A stretch of 59,540 nucleotides of DNA, from positions 1 through 59,540 of the forward strand of contig JAHIOW010000026.1 of NCBI GenBank assembly GCA_018895075.1, in the 5' to 3' direction. Both the position numbers and the translations under genes were made by a program. A model generated the notes under the pieces. That model made no database searches and was not told where the DNA came from. It saw only the letters and a program-made list of their open reading frames with translations. The DNA comes from Candidatus Omnitrophota bacterium. GTDB taxonomy: Bacteria; Omnitrophota; Gorgyraeia; Gygaellales; Profunditerraquicolaceae. Shown in pieces: positions 8,430-19,106 of the stretch (the stretch's first letter is position 1; each line of letters starts with the position of its first letter).

Positions 8430-10144
8430 GATAGTCCTGTAATATTTCCTTTCTCATCAATATCAATACCTTCGCCTACGGGATGGCTGGGTAAGCCGGG
8501 CATAGTCTGCATCGTACCACAGAGAGGATACAAAAATCCTGCGCCAGCGGAGGCGCGGATATCTCTTATGGGCAGAATGAAATCACGCGGCCTGCCTTTA
8601 AGATCTGGGTCATGCGATAGAGAAAGATGGGTCTTGGCCATACAGATAGGCAGATTATCAAATCCGCGCTCGGTAAAAAGCTTGACCCTGCCTTCAGCTA
8701 ACTCTGAGTACTCTACATCAGCCGCCCCGTAAATTGAAGTGGCAATAATCTTAATTTTTTCCTTTATCGGTGTATCTAAGGGATAAAGAAAAGTGAACTT
8801 CTTTGGTAGCGCCGCCGCTTTAATCACGCTCCTGGCTAAATCTACGCCCCCCTTTGAGCCCTTTAACCAAACCTCGCTCATCTGACAATCATCCGCGCCA
8901 AATTCCATTGCCTTCTTTTTTACAAAATCTACTTCCTGATCAGTATCAGAACTGAATCTATTGACGGCCACCACTACCGGTATGCCGAAAATCTTAATAT
9001 TCTCTATATGTTTTTCTAAATTACAGAGGCCTTCTTCTATTGCCGCTATATTCTCTTTAACCAAACCTTCATCCAGGGGTTTACCCGCTATAATCTTAAA
9101 TCTGCCGCTGTGCGCCTTTAACGCCCGGATAGAACAGACAATAACCGCGGCATCAGGGACAAGCCCGCTCTGGCGGCATTTTATATCAAAGAACTTCTCT
9201 GCTCCGCAATCAGCACCAAAACCCGCCTCAGTCACCACATAATCTGAACAGGCAAGCGCGATTCTATCGGCCAGGATGGAACTGTTACCGTGGGCAATAT
9301 TGGCAAATGGGCCGGCGTGCACAAAACAAGGGGTATTTTCAATAGTCTGAATCAGATTTGGTTTTAAGGCGTCCTTAAGGAGCGCGGTCATGCTCCCGGC
9401 AACCTTTAGCCCTTGGGTAGTTATCGATTTGCCCTCAGAGGTATCAGCTAGAATAATCTTTCCGATGCGCTGACGCAAGTCTCCTAAACCGCTGCTCAAT
9501 GCTATTATCACCATTATCTCTGAGGCCACCGTAATATCAAATCCGCTATCCCGCGGGACTCCGTCTTTTTTACCGCCTAAACCAATTTTTATATTTCTTA
9601 AAGCCCTATCGCTTACATCCACTACCCGGCGCCAGTATATCCTCTCAGGATCAATACTAAGTTTATTGCCTTTAAGCAGGGAGTTATCTAAAAACGCAGC
9701 CGCCAGATTATGGGCCAGGCCTATGGCATGCACATCGCCCGTAAAATGCAGGTTAAAATCCTCCATGGGTAAGACCTGAGAATATCCACCGCCTGCTGCG
9801 CCTCCTTTTATGCCAAAGACCGGGCCCAGCGAAGGCTGCCTGATACAGGCGGATGTAAGTTTACCCAATCTATTTAAGGCCATAGATAAGCCAATGGTAG
9901 TGACTGTCTTACCCTCGCCTAAAGGCGTGGGGGTGATTGCAGTAACTAATATGTATTTTCCCCGAGGCCTCTTCTTTATCTTATCCAGAATACCCAGGTC
10001 TATCTTGGCAATATAATCACCATAAGGAATGAGATACCTCTTATCTATCTTTAGCTTCCTGGCTATTTTTCCTATGGGTTCTTTTTTTGCGGCTTGGGCG
10101 ATTTTAATATCAGGTAGCATATCTGGCATCCAGCTCAAAGGCAT
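8426..10144 (-). CDS. fhs: Formate--tetrahydrofolate ligase
   Basis: 572 aa. TPTPLGEGKTVTTIGL P-loop region, full-length FTHFS. The true start may be one of the internal Met codons near 10120-10129. Confidence 0.94.
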   Translation of the reverse strand: MPLSWMPDMLPDIKIAQAAKKEPIGKIARKLKIDKRYLIPYGDYIAKIDLGILDKIKKRPRGKYILVTAITPTPLGEGKTVTTIGLSMALNRLGKLTSACIRQPSLGPVFGIKGGAAGGGYSQVLPMEDFNLHFTGDVHAIGLAHNLAAAFLDNSLLKGNKLSIDPERIYWRRVVDVSDRALRNIKIGLGGKKDGVPRDSGFDITVASEIMVIIALSSGLGDLRQRIGKIILADTSEGKSITTQGLKVAGSMTALLKDALKPNLIQTIENTPCFVHAGPFANIAHGNSSILADRIALACSDYVVTEAGFGADCGAEKFFDIKCRQSGLVPDAAVIVCSIRALKAHSGRFKIIAGKPLDEGLVKENIAAIEEGLCNLEKHIENIKIFGIPVVVAVNRFSSDTDQEVDFVKKKAMEFGADDCQMSEVWLKGSKGGVDLARSVIKAAALPKKFTFLYPLDTPIKEKIKIIATSIYGAADVEYSELAEGRVKLFTERGFDNLPICMAKTHLSLSHDPDLKGRPRDFILPIRDIRASAGAGFLYPLCGTMQTMPGLPSHPVGEGIDIDEKGNITGLS

Positions 10145-10493
10145 TTTTAATCAAGTCTAACCGAGGCCTGTATTTTTCTGAATATATTACAGAAACCACA
10201 TCAAACCTTGCCTTTTTATCTAAAAGGTTATTTTCCTTAAGGAAAATTAACGCTGCCCTGGCTATATGTCTCTGCTTGGAGTCAGATATTGCCTCGGCAG
10301 GCAAACCAAACCTATCGGAATTTCTTGTTTTTACTTCAATGAAACAAAACGTATCCTTATCTTTGGCAATGATGTCTATCTCGCCTAATTTTGTCTTATA
10401 ATTTTTTGCCAGAATCTTGTAATCATTCTTTTTTAATAAACTGATCGCAACTTCTTCACCCGCCCTGCCTAGATATAGATGTGCCTTAGGCAT
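10110..10493 (-). CDS. yraN: YraN-family (UPF0102) endonuclease
   Basis: 127 aa; GEIDIIAKD..FIEVKTR motif. Confidence 0.85.
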   Translation of the reverse strand: MPKAHLYLGRAGEEVAISLLKKNDYKILAKNYKTKLGEIDIIAKDKDTFCFIEVKTRNSDRFGLPAEAISDSKQRHIARAALIFLKENNLLDKKARFDVVSVIYSEKYRPRLDLIKNAFELDARYAT

Positions 10494-11148
10494 GATTAAA
10501 GGTCATTCTATGAATGATAGACGGACCAAATTTTTTTAAAGCGGCTCTATGCGCCTTTGTCGGGTAACCTTTATGCTGGCCGAATCCATATTTTGGATAT
10601 ATCTTATCATAGGAAATCATTATTCTGTCTCGGGTAACCTTAGCCAATATTGAGGCACAGGCAATGGACCTACAGCGTGAGTCTCCTCTTATAATATTTG
10701 TAAAAGACCGGTCAATATTGATTTTTACATTTCCATCAATAAGGATATGCATATCTGCCCGTTGTCTTTGGCGGTGTTTTAATTTATTTATTACCCCTTT
10801 AACTGCCTCCTCCATTGCTATCCGTGTAGCCACAAAAATATTTAAACGATCGATCATCTTTTCATCTACTATACCGATACCAAAAAAAGATTTATCAATA
10901 ATCTCAGGAAAGGCATCCTCTCTCTGTTGTGAAGTCAATATTTTGGAATCATCTATGCGATTTTCAAAATGCGGGTCTTTGAGCGTAACTGCTGCTGCCA
11001 CTACCGGACCGGCAAGAGGGCCACGGCCGGCTTCATCTACTCCAATAATTAAATTATATCCTCTTTTTTTAAATTTATTTTCGTAATAAAGCCCTGGCCT
11101 ATGCCTTTTATTTTTCCCTTGCATCAATCTTAGTAGCGTGCTTTCCAA
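10486..11148 (-). CDS. rnhB: Ribonuclease HII
   Basis: GVDEAGRGPLAGPV active-site motif. The N-terminus overlaps the rplS end, so the true start is probably internal. Confidence 0.92.
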   Translation of the reverse strand: MESTLLRLMQGKNKRHRPGLYYENKFKKRGYNLIIGVDEAGRGPLAGPVVAAAVTLKDPHFENRIDDSKILTSQQREDAFPEIIDKSFFGIGIVDEKMIDRLNIFVATRIAMEEAVKGVINKLKHRQRQRADMHILIDGNVKINIDRSFTNIIRGDSRCRSIACASILAKVTRDRIMISYDKIYPKYGFGQHKGYPTKAHRAALKKFGPSIIHRMTFNHA

Positions 11149-11458
11149 CTTTACCTCTCAAATAGTAAAGTTTTGCCCTTTTAACCTTCCCCAGACGTAC
11201 AACCTCAATGCTTTCGATGCTGGGTGCATATAAAAGAAAGACACGTTCGATGCCCTCTCCATAAGAGACCTTTCTTACCGTAAAAGTCATCCTTATTCCT
11301 GAGCCTCTCCTGGCGATAACTACGCCCTCAAATGGATGCAGGCGTATTTTATCCTGGCTTTCGCGTAGCCTAGTCAGAACCTTTACCGTATCACCTACAT
11401 TAAAAGCGGGAAACTCTCTTTTAGTATACTCCTCTTCGATTAGTTTTATCTTATCCAT
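11108..11458 (-). CDS. rplS: 50S ribosomal protein L19
   Basis: 116 aa; typical L19 sequence, downstream of trmD. Confidence 0.93.
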   Translation of the reverse strand: MDKIKLIEEEYTKREFPAFNVGDTVKVLTRLRESQDKIRLHPFEGVVIARRGSGIRMTFTVRKVSYGEGIERVFLLYAPSIESIEVVRLGKVKRAKLYYLRGKVGKHATKIDAREK

Positions 11459-12149
11459 TTTTAACCCCTCTGTAGATACATCCTTTTAATAAATCCGGCC
11501 TTTTCCTATTTGTTATTTTAACCGCTTCCTGTTTTCTCCATTCTTGAATCTTTTTGTGATTTCCGGACAAAAGTACTTTTGGTACCTTCATCCCTCTAAA
11601 ATTTGCGGGTCTGGTATACTGGGGATATTCTAGTAGATTACCTTCAAATGACTCAAAATTCAAGGAATTTTTATCACCTAAGACTCCGGGTATAAGCCGT
11701 ATGAGGCAATCCACCAAAACTATTGCCGGTAATTCTCCTCCGGTTAAGATATAATCACCGATAGAAATCTCCTCATCCGCCAGATATCGCCTAACCCGCT
11801 CATCTATACCTTCGTAATGACCGCAGATTAAAATCAGATGCTTACAACCAGATAATCTCTTGGCTATTTTTTGATTCAGCCTTTTTCCTTGAGGAGATAA
11901 CAAAATAATTTTGGATTTTGGTTTTAGCGCTTCCACCGCCCTAAATATAGATTCAGGCCGCATGACCATGCCAGAGCCTCCGCCAAAAGGGCGGTCGTCA
12001 ACCTTCCTGTGTTTATCTTGAGTGTAATCTCTTAGATTATGAATGTATATTTTTACTTTATTTTTATTTTGCGCCCTCTTGATTATGGATTCATTTAATA
12101 TAGGCGCAAACATCTTGGGAAATATGGTAATGATATCGATACGCATCAT
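11451..12149 (-). CDS. trmD: tRNA (guanine37-N1)-methyltransferase
   Basis: 232 aa; [10 protein letters not shown] start, [19 protein letters not shown]. Confidence 0.94.
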   Translation of the reverse strand: MMRIDIITIFPKMFAPILNESIIKRAQNKNKVKIYIHNLRDYTQDKHRKVDDRPFGGGSGMVMRPESIFRAVEALKPKSKIILLSPQGKRLNQKIAKRLSGCKHLILICGHYEGIDERVRRYLADEEISIGDYILTGGELPAIVLVDCLIRLIPGVLGDKNSLNFESFEGNLLEYPQYTRPANFRGMKVPKVLLSGNHKKIQEWRKQEAVKITNRKRPDLLKGCIYRGVKNG

Positions 12150-12161
12150 ATTACTGAATTA

Positions 12162-13298
<1,137 letters not shown>

Positions 13299-13362
13299 TT
13301 AAAAGTCAAAACCCAAAAGTAAAAACCACAATTTAAAATTTAAAACTTTTGACTTTTGACTT
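13299..13362. repeat. Imperfect palindrome whose arms are heptamer arrays (AAAAGTC-type / CTTTTGA-type)
   Basis: queA-tgt spacer. Same heptamer family as 34655..34760. Confidence 0.7.
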
Positions 13363-14356
13363 AAATAATCAACATCGCATCGCCGTAACTATAAAATCTA
13401 TATTTTTTATCTATTGCCTCCTGGTATGCCTTTTTAATAAGGCCTTCTCCGGCAAAGGCGCATACCAGCATAAACAATGTTGTGCGCGGTAGGTGAAAAT
13501 TAGTCAAAAGGCAATCAATTATCTTGAATTTATATCCTGGATAAATAAATAAATCGGTGTCGGATTCCTTAAGTCCTGTTAAGATATATGTTTCTAGCGC
13601 CCTCACACTCGTTGTGCCCACGGCAAATATACGCCCCTTATGAGCAACTGTCTTTTTAAGCAGATCTTGAGCCTGTTCATCTATACAAAAATATTCCTTA
13701 TCCATCTTATGGCTTGTTATATCCTCGGTTTTAACCGGCTTAAATGTAGGATAATTAATATGCAAGGTAATATAGGCAATATTTATACCGCTAGACTCTA
13801 TTTCTGTAATGAACCCGGGAGTAAAATGTAACCCCGCTGTCGGCGCGGCAATTGAACCCTCTCTTTGCGCAAAAACCGTCTGATAATAAACACTGTCTAA
13901 ATCCTGGGGGGCTCTTTTTATATAAGGCGGTAAGGGGATCTGGGCTTGCCTGTATACCGCATCTATATCCGGGGCATAAAAAGTTAGCTCATCTCTAGCG
14001 GTCATCTCAGCATAAATCGTACCGCCATTAAATATTATCCTCTCCCCAAACTTTATACGGCTGGGTTTAATTAATGCCTTAAAAGTCAACCCCTCTTTTT
14101 GCTTAAGAAGCAAGGCTTGGACTTTACCGCCGGTCTTGCGCCTGCCCTCAAGGCGGCAGTGCAATACCTTGGTATCGTTTAAGGCCAAAAGATCATCTTT
14201 ACTAAAATAATTAACTAAATCTTTAAAGGCGCGGTGTTCTATTGTTTTCTCCTTACGGTTTATAACTAAAAGCCTGGCCATATCCCGCTCTCTTAAGGGG
14301 TATTGCGCGATTAAATCCTTGGGTAAATCGTAATCAAAATCCGAGAGTTTCAACAT
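13361..14356 (-). CDS. queA: S-adenosylmethionine:tRNA ribosyltransferase-isomerase
   Basis: QueA N-terminus MLKLSDFDYDLP at the ATG at 14356. The ORF-track extension to 14518 overlaps the SpoIID gene and is rejected. Confidence 0.92.
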   Translation of the reverse strand: MLKLSDFDYDLPKDLIAQYPLRERDMARLLVINRKEKTIEHRAFKDLVNYFSKDDLLALNDTKVLHCRLEGRRKTGGKVQALLLKQKEGLTFKALIKPSRIKFGERIIFNGGTIYAEMTARDELTFYAPDIDAVYRQAQIPLPPYIKRAPQDLDSVYYQTVFAQREGSIAAPTAGLHFTPGFITEIESSGINIAYITLHINYPTFKPVKTEDITSHKMDKEYFCIDEQAQDLLKKTVAHKGRIFAVGTTSVRALETYILTGLKESDTDLFIYPGYKFKIIDCLLTNFHLPRTTLFMLVCAFAGEGLIKKAYQEAIDKKYRFYSYGDAMLII

Positions 14357-14363
14357 ATCAAAT

Positions 14364-15518
14364 TTAGTCTGCTCTAGTTTTAAGCTGTGCTTGGGGATAA
14401 TAATATTGCAGAATCTGCTCGTAACTATAACCCTGCTTAGCCATAAAATAGGCGCCCCATTGGCACAATCCCACTCCATGGCCCCATCCTGAACCCACGA
14501 ACACAACATCTTGATCAACTACCTTTACATCAAAATTCGTGCTTCTGATGACATTAGGGCCGAGGGCATTTCTAAAATCCTTGGCAGGAATTTTTATATC
14601 TTTTTTATTGGTTGTTATCTTTAGATATGTAATACGGCCTGACTTATCTCTGCCTGATATTATAATATCTTTTATTGTCCCGCAATCGCTATAACCAAGT
14701 TTTAACAATGCATCTTTTATCTGCTTAAGCGATAAAACCTTATGCCAGCTAAAATGGGGGGAGTCCGCGCAGAAATTACAAGAGACCCCCTTTAAAGGTG
14801 GTATATCTATCCTCCAAAGCAAAGAGGCATCTTGCGTATGGCCACCGCAAGTGGCATGATAATAAGTAGAAAAAATCCTCTCTTGATAAGTAAGAACTTC
14901 GTATTGCGTCTTATCTACTGCCTTATTCGTACGATAACGCTCTGAACTCTTTCCGCCATAGACCTGGGAATAGATATCGGAAGTTACGTCGTAATCTTTA
15001 GCTTTACTTTCCTGTATCTGATAAAGTGCGTATGTGCGGCATAATATTGCTTGCGCCTTTAATGCCTCCAGGGGCCAATAATGCGATACCTCATGATACA
15101 AAATACCCTTGATATAATCTTCTAAGTCAATAAAATTGATAGCTGATAAGCGCAGATTGTCTTTTTGTATAAACTGTATACAACCCCTAAAACTTCTCCC
15201 ATCCAGTACAATTACCCCATCCTTTTTTGGCTGAATAAAGATTTTATTGGCATTAAAATGCATCATCCCCATCAGGATGGCGCCGCCAGAAGCAGTAACT
15301 GTGGTCTTTAGGTTTTTGCCCCGGTATAACACTTTCTGATTTAAAGAATCAAATACTTCGTAAGAACCTCTGACTCTCAGGCTTAAAGATACAGCATCCT
15401 GCACAATAGCTACCCGGATAAATCTCGGGGAGTAGGCAAAAGAACTGACAACTGATAACTGATAACTGATAACTAAAATGACTATAAGTATAGTTAGAAA
15501 TTTTATTCTGTATTTCAT
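14364..15518 (-). CDS. SpoIID/LytB-domain protein, secreted
   Basis: SpoIID motifs (YHATCGGHT; GHGVGLCQWGA). Signal peptide from MKYRIKF (ATG at 15518, ATGA overlap with the upstream stop). Confidence 0.85.
   Translation of the reverse strand: MKYRIKFLTILIVILVISYQLSVVSSFAYSPRFIRVAIVQDAVSLSLRVRGSYEVFDSLNQKVLYRGKNLKTTVTASGGAILMGMMHFNANKIFIQPKKDGVIVLDGRSFRGCIQFIQKDNLRLSAINFIDLEDYIKGILYHEVSHYWPLEALKAQAILCRTYALYQIQESKAKDYDVTSDIYSQVYGGKSSERYRTNKAVDKTQYEVLTYQERIFSTYYHATCGGHTQDASLLWRIDIPPLKGVSCNFCADSPHFSWHKVLSLKQIKDALLKLGYSDCGTIKDIIISGRDKSGRITYLKITTNKKDIKIPAKDFRNALGPNVIRSTNFDVKVVDQDVVFVGSGWGHGVGLCQWGAYFMAKQGYSYEQILQYYYPQAQLKTRAD
15443..15477. repeat. Heptamer array AACTGAC-(AACTGAT)x3-AACTAAA inside the SpoIID signal-peptide region
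   Basis: Counted directly; encodes VISYQLSVVSS. Confidence 0.9.
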
Positions 15519-15730
15519 CGGCGAGGCCATAGCCAAAATATTAGGGAGAGGAAAATACTGATTAATATACAGGTCACTACAGGAAAATAAAAAGTAAAAT
15601 TCTTCCTTTGCATGTGTATATCTCCGGGCAACCTGTCTATAAAAGGTATTTTATTCATAAAAGTCAATAATATCCCCGCGCCTATTAAAATAATACCGAA
15701 GATAATTAATGTTTTCCCGATTTCTTGCAT
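15515..15730 (-). CDS. DUF2905-family small membrane protein
   Basis: About 71 aa with two TM segments and an RLPGDI motif. GAGGT RBS before the ATG at 15730. Confidence 0.7.
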   Translation of the reverse strand: MQEIGKTLIIFGIILIGAGILLTFMNKIPFIDRLPGDIHMQRKNFTFYFPVVTCILISIFLSLIFWLWPRR

Positions 15731-16248
15731 CTTTCTACCTCTGAATAAATGCAACCGCAATAGTCCTGACAGTATATCCCTTGCGCCTTTGCTAAATTGT
15801 GTGCCTTTCTAAAACCCGGACGAAAATCTTCATAATAAAAACCTGTTCCCTCTACCCTGGAAATATCATTACCTATTTTCTTGAGTAATTCCTGATCCTG
15901 ATAAGGGCTAACTAACAAGGTTGTGGAGAAAGAATTAAATCCCTTATCTTTAGCCGCTCTTGCTGTTTTTATAAGCCGCAGGGACCAGCAAAGAAGACAC
16001 CGCCCGAGATTGGTTTCTTTTAAATTGACCGCCTGAAAAAACTCCGCAGGGTTGTATTCGGGATAAATAATTTCAAGATCAACCGTCCTGCTGAAATCTA
16101 TTACTGCCTGTTTCCTGTTGTTATATTCTTTAAAGGGATGGATATTGGGGTTATAGAAAAATCCCGTTACCTCAATCCCTTTCTCTCTTAATTTTTCCAA
16201 AGGATATATCAAACACGGCGCACAGCAGATATGCAGCAACAATTTCAT
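15706..16248 (-). CDS. queH: Epoxyqueuosine reductase QueH (DUF208)
   Basis: MKLLLHICCAPC N-terminus and C-terminal CGC motif typical of QueH. Confidence 0.85.
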   Translation of the reverse strand: MKLLLHICCAPCLIYPLEKLREKGIEVTGFFYNPNIHPFKEYNNRKQAVIDFSRTVDLEIIYPEYNPAEFFQAVNLKETNLGRCLLCWSLRLIKTARAAKDKGFNSFSTTLLVSPYQDQELLKKIGNDISRVEGTGFYYEDFRPGFRKAHNLAKAQGIYCQDYCGCIYSEVERCKKSGKH

Positions 16249-16288
16249 AGCTTGGAACTTATTGAAAATAAAGCAGTTGTAGCGCTAA

Positions 16289-16318
16289 AGGGTGGCACCT
16301 TGGGGAGCGTCCCCAATT
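16289..16318. repeat. 30-bp element AGGGTGGCACCTTGGGGAGCGTCCCCAATT (type C)
   Basis: 29/30 identical to 43862..43891. Overlaps the ruvB stop codon. Confidence 0.9.
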
Positions 16319-17399
16319 AGAATAGCTCTTCTTGTTTTTCTTTATTATATTTGATTCCGAAGTGTTCGAAAGTTAACTTGGTGGCGAGCCTGCCCCGTGA
16401 AGTGCGTCTCAAATATCCTGCCTTGAGTAAATACGGCTCTACAGTATCTGCGATGGTATCAACTTCCTCATTAAGGCTGGCAGCTAAAGATTCAATACCC
16501 ACCGGGCCTCCGCTATAGGATTCCAAGATTAATTTTAAGACCTTACGGTCCAAATCATCTAGCCCTGCCTTATCAATACCTAATTCTTCCAAGCTCCTGG
16601 CAGCAATCTCAATATCAACCTTCTTTACCTTTAAGACCTGGGCATAATCTCTTATCCGGCGCAATAACCTATTAGCTATACGCGGTGTCCCCCGCGCCCG
16701 CCGGGCAATCTCACCAGCCGCCTCTTCATCTATATCCATACCTAAAATCTTGGCAGAATGTTTTATAATCCTTGAGAGGTCCTCTGTCTTATAAAAATCT
16801 AAATTATAAAATATACCGAACCTGCCTCTCAAAGGCGCGGCTAATAAACCTGTCCTAGTGGTAGCGCCGACCAGCGTAAAAGGTTTAAGATTGAATTTTA
16901 TGGTTTTGGCATACGGCCCTTTATCAATCACAAAATCAATTTGAAAACTCTCCATTGCCGGATATAAAAATTCCTCTACAACCTTAGAGAGCCGGTGTAT
17001 CTCGTCAATAAAAAGAATATCGCCTTTTTCCAGATTAGTTAATATGCCGATTAAATCCCCTGCCCTTTCTATAGCCGGGCCAGAAGTAGCAGTTATCTTT
17101 GCGTGCATTTCATGGGCGATGATAAGGGCTAAAGACGTCTTGCCCAATCCCGGAGGGCCGGAGAGCAAAACATGTTCTAAGGGCTCATTTCTTTGTTTGG
17201 TGGCTGTCAGGCAAATCTTGAGATTCTCGACTGTCTCTCTTTGGCCTACGAACTCCGAAAGCCGAGAAGGCCTTAGAGAAATATTTAAAACAACATCCTC
17301 CTCGGTCTCCTGATTATCAGCGGTAATATTGGTATCCTCTAACCTAAGGGGTTTTGCGGGATTGTTCTTCAGTAATCTCTGTCTTGCCTCTTCTGCCAT
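16317..17399 (-). CDS. ruvB: Holliday junction branch-migration helicase RuvB
   Basis: GPPGLGKTSLA Walker A, FIDEIHRL, full-length RuvB. Confidence 0.95.
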   Translation of the reverse strand: MAEEARQRLLKNNPAKPLRLEDTNITADNQETEEDVVLNISLRPSRLSEFVGQRETVENLKICLTATKQRNEPLEHVLLSGPPGLGKTSLALIIAHEMHAKITATSGPAIERAGDLIGILTNLEKGDILFIDEIHRLSKVVEEFLYPAMESFQIDFVIDKGPYAKTIKFNLKPFTLVGATTRTGLLAAPLRGRFGIFYNLDFYKTEDLSRIIKHSAKILGMDIDEEAAGEIARRARGTPRIANRLLRRIRDYAQVLKVKKVDIEIAARSLEELGIDKAGLDDLDRKVLKLILESYSGGPVGIESLAASLNEEVDTIADTVEPYLLKAGYLRRTSRGRLATKLTFEHFGIKYNKEKQEELF

Positions 17400-18132
17400 A
17401 GGGTATGATATTCTCTTTATTCCTGATAATTTCTACCTCTCCAAATAATTCTTTCTGCCGGATGATAATTTCTTTTAATTTAATTAACTCTAATATAGCC
17501 AGAAAAGTTACAATTATCTCCATCTTATTCTTGGCCTGGGTAAATAATTCTGTCAGGCATAGGCTTGGTGAAACAAGCAATGAATGCAGGAGCTGGTGGA
17601 TCTTGGCCTCAATCGTAAATTCATCTTTGATTATTTCATAAAATAATTCCTTGGGGACACCTTTCAATGCCTTGGAAAAAGCATTTATCAGATCAAATAT
17701 ACTTGCCTCAAAATATATCTCAGTTTCACCGGCAATTTCTTCCTTGTGTTCTTCTGACCTGGGTCGTTTAAATACCTGGCTTTGATGAGATTCCCTCTGC
17801 CTTAAATCTTGCGCTATCTCTTTAAACTTCTCATATTCTAATAGGCGCTTAACCAATTCTGCACGAGGATCTTGCTGTTCTTTTTGTGTCTGGGGCGTTT
17901 CTTCTGCCGGCAGTAACATCTTGGATTTAATCTGTAGAAGCGTCGCTGCCATTACCAGAAATTCACCGGCAATATTTAAATCCAACAGCTTCATCAATTC
18001 TAGATACTGAAGATATTGCTGAGTAACTTTGGCTATGGGTATATCGTAAATATTAAGGTGATCTTTTTTTACAAGATATAAGAGCAGATCTAACGGGCCT
18101 TCGAATATTTCTAATTTTATCTCGCAACTCAT
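17344..18132 (-). CDS. scpA: Segregation and condensation protein A
   Basis: FEGPLDLLLYLVKK N-terminus typical of ScpA. Confidence 0.88.
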   Translation of the reverse strand: MSCEIKLEIFEGPLDLLLYLVKKDHLNIYDIPIAKVTQQYLQYLELMKLLDLNIAGEFLVMAATLLQIKSKMLLPAEETPQTQKEQQDPRAELVKRLLEYEKFKEIAQDLRQRESHQSQVFKRPRSEEHKEEIAGETEIYFEASIFDLINAFSKALKGVPKELFYEIIKDEFTIEAKIHQLLHSLLVSPSLCLTELFTQAKNKMEIIVTFLAILELIKLKEIIIRQKELFGEVEIIRNKENIIPYGRRGKTEITEEQSRKTP

Positions 18133-19106
18133 ATCCCCATTGCCTCTCTTGCTTCTTTAAGGGTCTTGGCAGCAATTAAAGTTGCTTTTTGCCTGCCTTT
18201 CTCTAATATCTTTATAATCTTTGGCTTGTCTTTAATTAATTCTTGGCGCCTTTTATGAAAAGGCTTCAATCTATCAATGATAAAGAAGCTGAGCCTTTTT
18301 TTACAATCGGTACACCCCAAACTAGCCTTGGTGCACCAATCATAGACCTGGCCTTTCATTTTCGGGATAAATAAGGAGTAATAAGAGAAAACATTGCAGA
18401 TATCGGGATGGCCTTTATCAGTCAACTTAATTCTCTGGGGGTCAGTAAACATATTTTGTATATTCTTTTTGATTAAATCTTCGGAATCACAAAGATTGAT
18501 GGTATTGCCGTAACTCTTACTCATCTTTCTGCCGTCCAGGCCCAGGAGCCGGGGTGATTCAGTTAATATCGCCTCGGGGGATGAGAATATTTTTCTTTTA
18601 TAGAGACTATTAAATCGACGGCTAATCTCGCGGGTAAGTTCTAAGTGAGGCAGCTGATCTTCGCCTACAGGGACTTTATCTGCCTTATAAAGTAAGATAT
18701 CCGCTGCCTGCAGGACTGGATAACCTAAGAAACCATAGGTACTTAAATTGCGTGTTTTAATTTCTCTCATTTGCTCTTTATACGTAGGGCATCTCTGTAG
18801 CCATCCTAAAGGGGTAAAACAAGAAAAGACCATATGTAATTCCAGGTGTTGGGGCACCTGAGACTGGATAAATAAAGTGGATTTATCAGGGTCTATGCCT
18901 ACGCTTAACCAATCAATGACATTATCGATGACAAACTCAGGTATACTATGCGCATCTTCGTATTCGCTCATCAGCGCATGCCAGTCAGCGACCATAAAGA
19001 AACATTCATATTCATCTTGTAATTTTATCCAATTATCCAATGCCCCCACAAGATGGCCGAGATGTAATCTACCTGTAGGGCGCATACCGCTTAATATACG
19101 TTTCAT
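18129..19106 (-). CDS. trpS: Tryptophan--tRNA ligase
   Basis: HLGH and KMSKS motifs. Start at MKRILSG (ATG at 19106, 1-nt overlap with the infB stop); the upstream ORF extension is rejected. Confidence 0.93.
   Translation of the reverse strand: MKRILSGMRPTGRLHLGHLVGALDNWIKLQDEYECFFMVADWHALMSEYEDAHSIPEFVIDNVIDWLSVGIDPDKSTLFIQSQVPQHLELHMVFSCFTPLGWLQRCPTYKEQMREIKTRNLSTYGFLGYPVLQAADILLYKADKVPVGEDQLPHLELTREISRRFNSLYKRKIFSSPEAILTESPRLLGLDGRKMSKSYGNTINLCDSEDLIKKNIQNMFTDPQRIKLTDKGHPDICNVFSYYSLFIPKMKGQVYDWCTKASLGCTDCKKRLSFFIIDRLKPFHKRRQELIKDKPKIIKILEKGRQKATLIAAKTLKEAREAMGI

Noticed and set aside
13299-13362. Reading the plus-strand TTGAC-containing heptamers (TTGACTT and TTGACGC) as stacked -35 promoter boxes.
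   Set aside because: They are on the non-coding orientation relative to all genes, several lie inside ORFs, and no matching -10 boxes follow on the plus strand.
14357-14518. N-terminal extensions given by the ORF track for queA (to 14518), trpS (to 19196), rimP (to 22882), serA (to 36366), the HCS-like gene (to 32788), the DUF2905 gene (to 15760) and the CxxC gene (to 58088).
   Set aside because: The extensions overlap the upstream gene or lack an RBS. Internal ATGs with Shine-Dalgarno sequences coincide with the conserved family N-termini.
16249-16316. tRNA or small RNA genes in the longer spacers (16249..16316, 45822..45914, 56054..56118, 57085..57348).
   Set aside because: No cloverleaf-compatible stems or conserved T-loop/D-loop sequences were seen. 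The spacers are explained by repeat elements, promoters or the FKBP remnant.
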